The position numbers and the translations under genes are program-made. The notes beneath the pieces are model-generated. The model ran no database searches. It was not told the DNA's origin and saw nothing but the letters and a program-made list of their open reading frames with translations. Positions 63,194-64,000 of a DNA stretch of 64,000 nt are shown piece after piece (the first letter of the stretch is position 1; the number at the start of each line of letters is the position of its first letter). Origin of the DNA: Catajapyx aquilonaris (Eukaryota); the NCBI GenBank assembly GCA_000934665.2, contig JYFJ02001761.1:1-64000 (forward strand). The letters run 5' to 3'.

Positions 63194-63442
63194 CTGAGGA
63201 AATACAGGTAGGAGAATGTGAGGCCAAATCCTAAGTGCCTGTAACTCATATTTCAGTGTGTGGTGACCAACAGATTTTAAAATGCGTTTAGGCCACTTGA
63301 AGTTCGAAAAGTTAATTTTCAAATCCATATTTCTCAGTTGTGAGGGAGAGAGAGCTGGAGGGACTGGAGCCATAAGAAAAGGAGAGGCAAAAGTAACTTG
63401 GATTGGTGGGGTTTACTTGCTTGAAGGCCTACCCTCCAAGTC

Positions 63443-63542
63443 CAGTGCTGGACAATAATGGCAGAGTAGGCTACTGCTAGTGACATGAGCTGCAGTGGCT
63501 CATGTTGCTAGCAGTACTCGACCATTATAATGTCCAGCACTG
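63443..63542. mobile_element. Foldback MITE family A, short internally deleted relative (AK9 intron)
   Basis: CAGTGCTGGACAATAATGG..TACTGCTAGTGACATGAG / CTCATGTTGCTAGCAGTA..CCATTATAATGTCCAGCACTG shares termini with the family A copies. Confidence 0.75.
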
Positions 63543-64000
63543 TACTCTGGATATAAGAGCCTCAGCTACAGTATAAGTAATCCTTGGTTATAGCCAATTT
63601 GACAGGCTGCTTCTGTACATGGCCTGTGCACTTGGATACAGGAAATCTAGGGTTACAGTTACTGATTTCATCAGCTCCTTGAGGTCTCTTATATCTGCAG
63701 TAGACTATATTGAGAAGCCTGACTTAATGCTGGACCAAATATCTGATAATAAACTTGTCTGTCAAAGGAATTCGCTATAACCTTGGCAATTTTACAGCAG
63801 GTGTACAGGATGTTTTCTCTTGCAGTGGGACAGGCATGTTGGTCTTGAGGTGTTCACTTGAATAAACCATGCACTCATTTTAGCCCCTCACTCTCTCATT
63901 TGCCATTCCCCTCTATCTCATATCACTGTGCCACTTGCACTTATGGCAGTTGGCAGACAGGTCCAGGCGGGATTCCCTGTTGGAATATTTTCCAGCTCTC

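Overview
This is eukaryotic (invertebrate animal, probably non-insect) genomic DNA with GT-AG spliced genes and mostly short introns, so the single-ORF track only shows exon fragments. Eight protein-coding genes can be assembled by hand. In order: glycerate kinase GLYCTK (-), a SWIM/RING/TOG/kinase MAP3K1/MEKK1 (+), a TMEM8/PGAP6-family membrane protein (-), MCM2 (-), a THUMPD3-like tRNA m2G methyltransferase (+), an FGD-family RhoGEF (-), makorin (-) and the 3' end of an AK9-like gene (-). At least six families of short non-autonomous DNA transposons (MITE-like) sit in introns and spacers; no autonomous transposase, tRNA, rRNA or CRISPR was seen. The most unusual features are a THUMPD3 with an N-terminal RGG box plus a ~540-aa acidic, decapeptide-repeat insertion; a hairpin carrying an 18/19 match to vertebrate miR-106a; nested and clustered MITEs; a ~130-bp repeat array in the THUMPD3 3'UTR; and possible ancient gene linkage. 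Family assignments come from recalled motifs, not searches, and splice coordinates are hand-read. I found no clear evidence of a wholly new multi-gene system.
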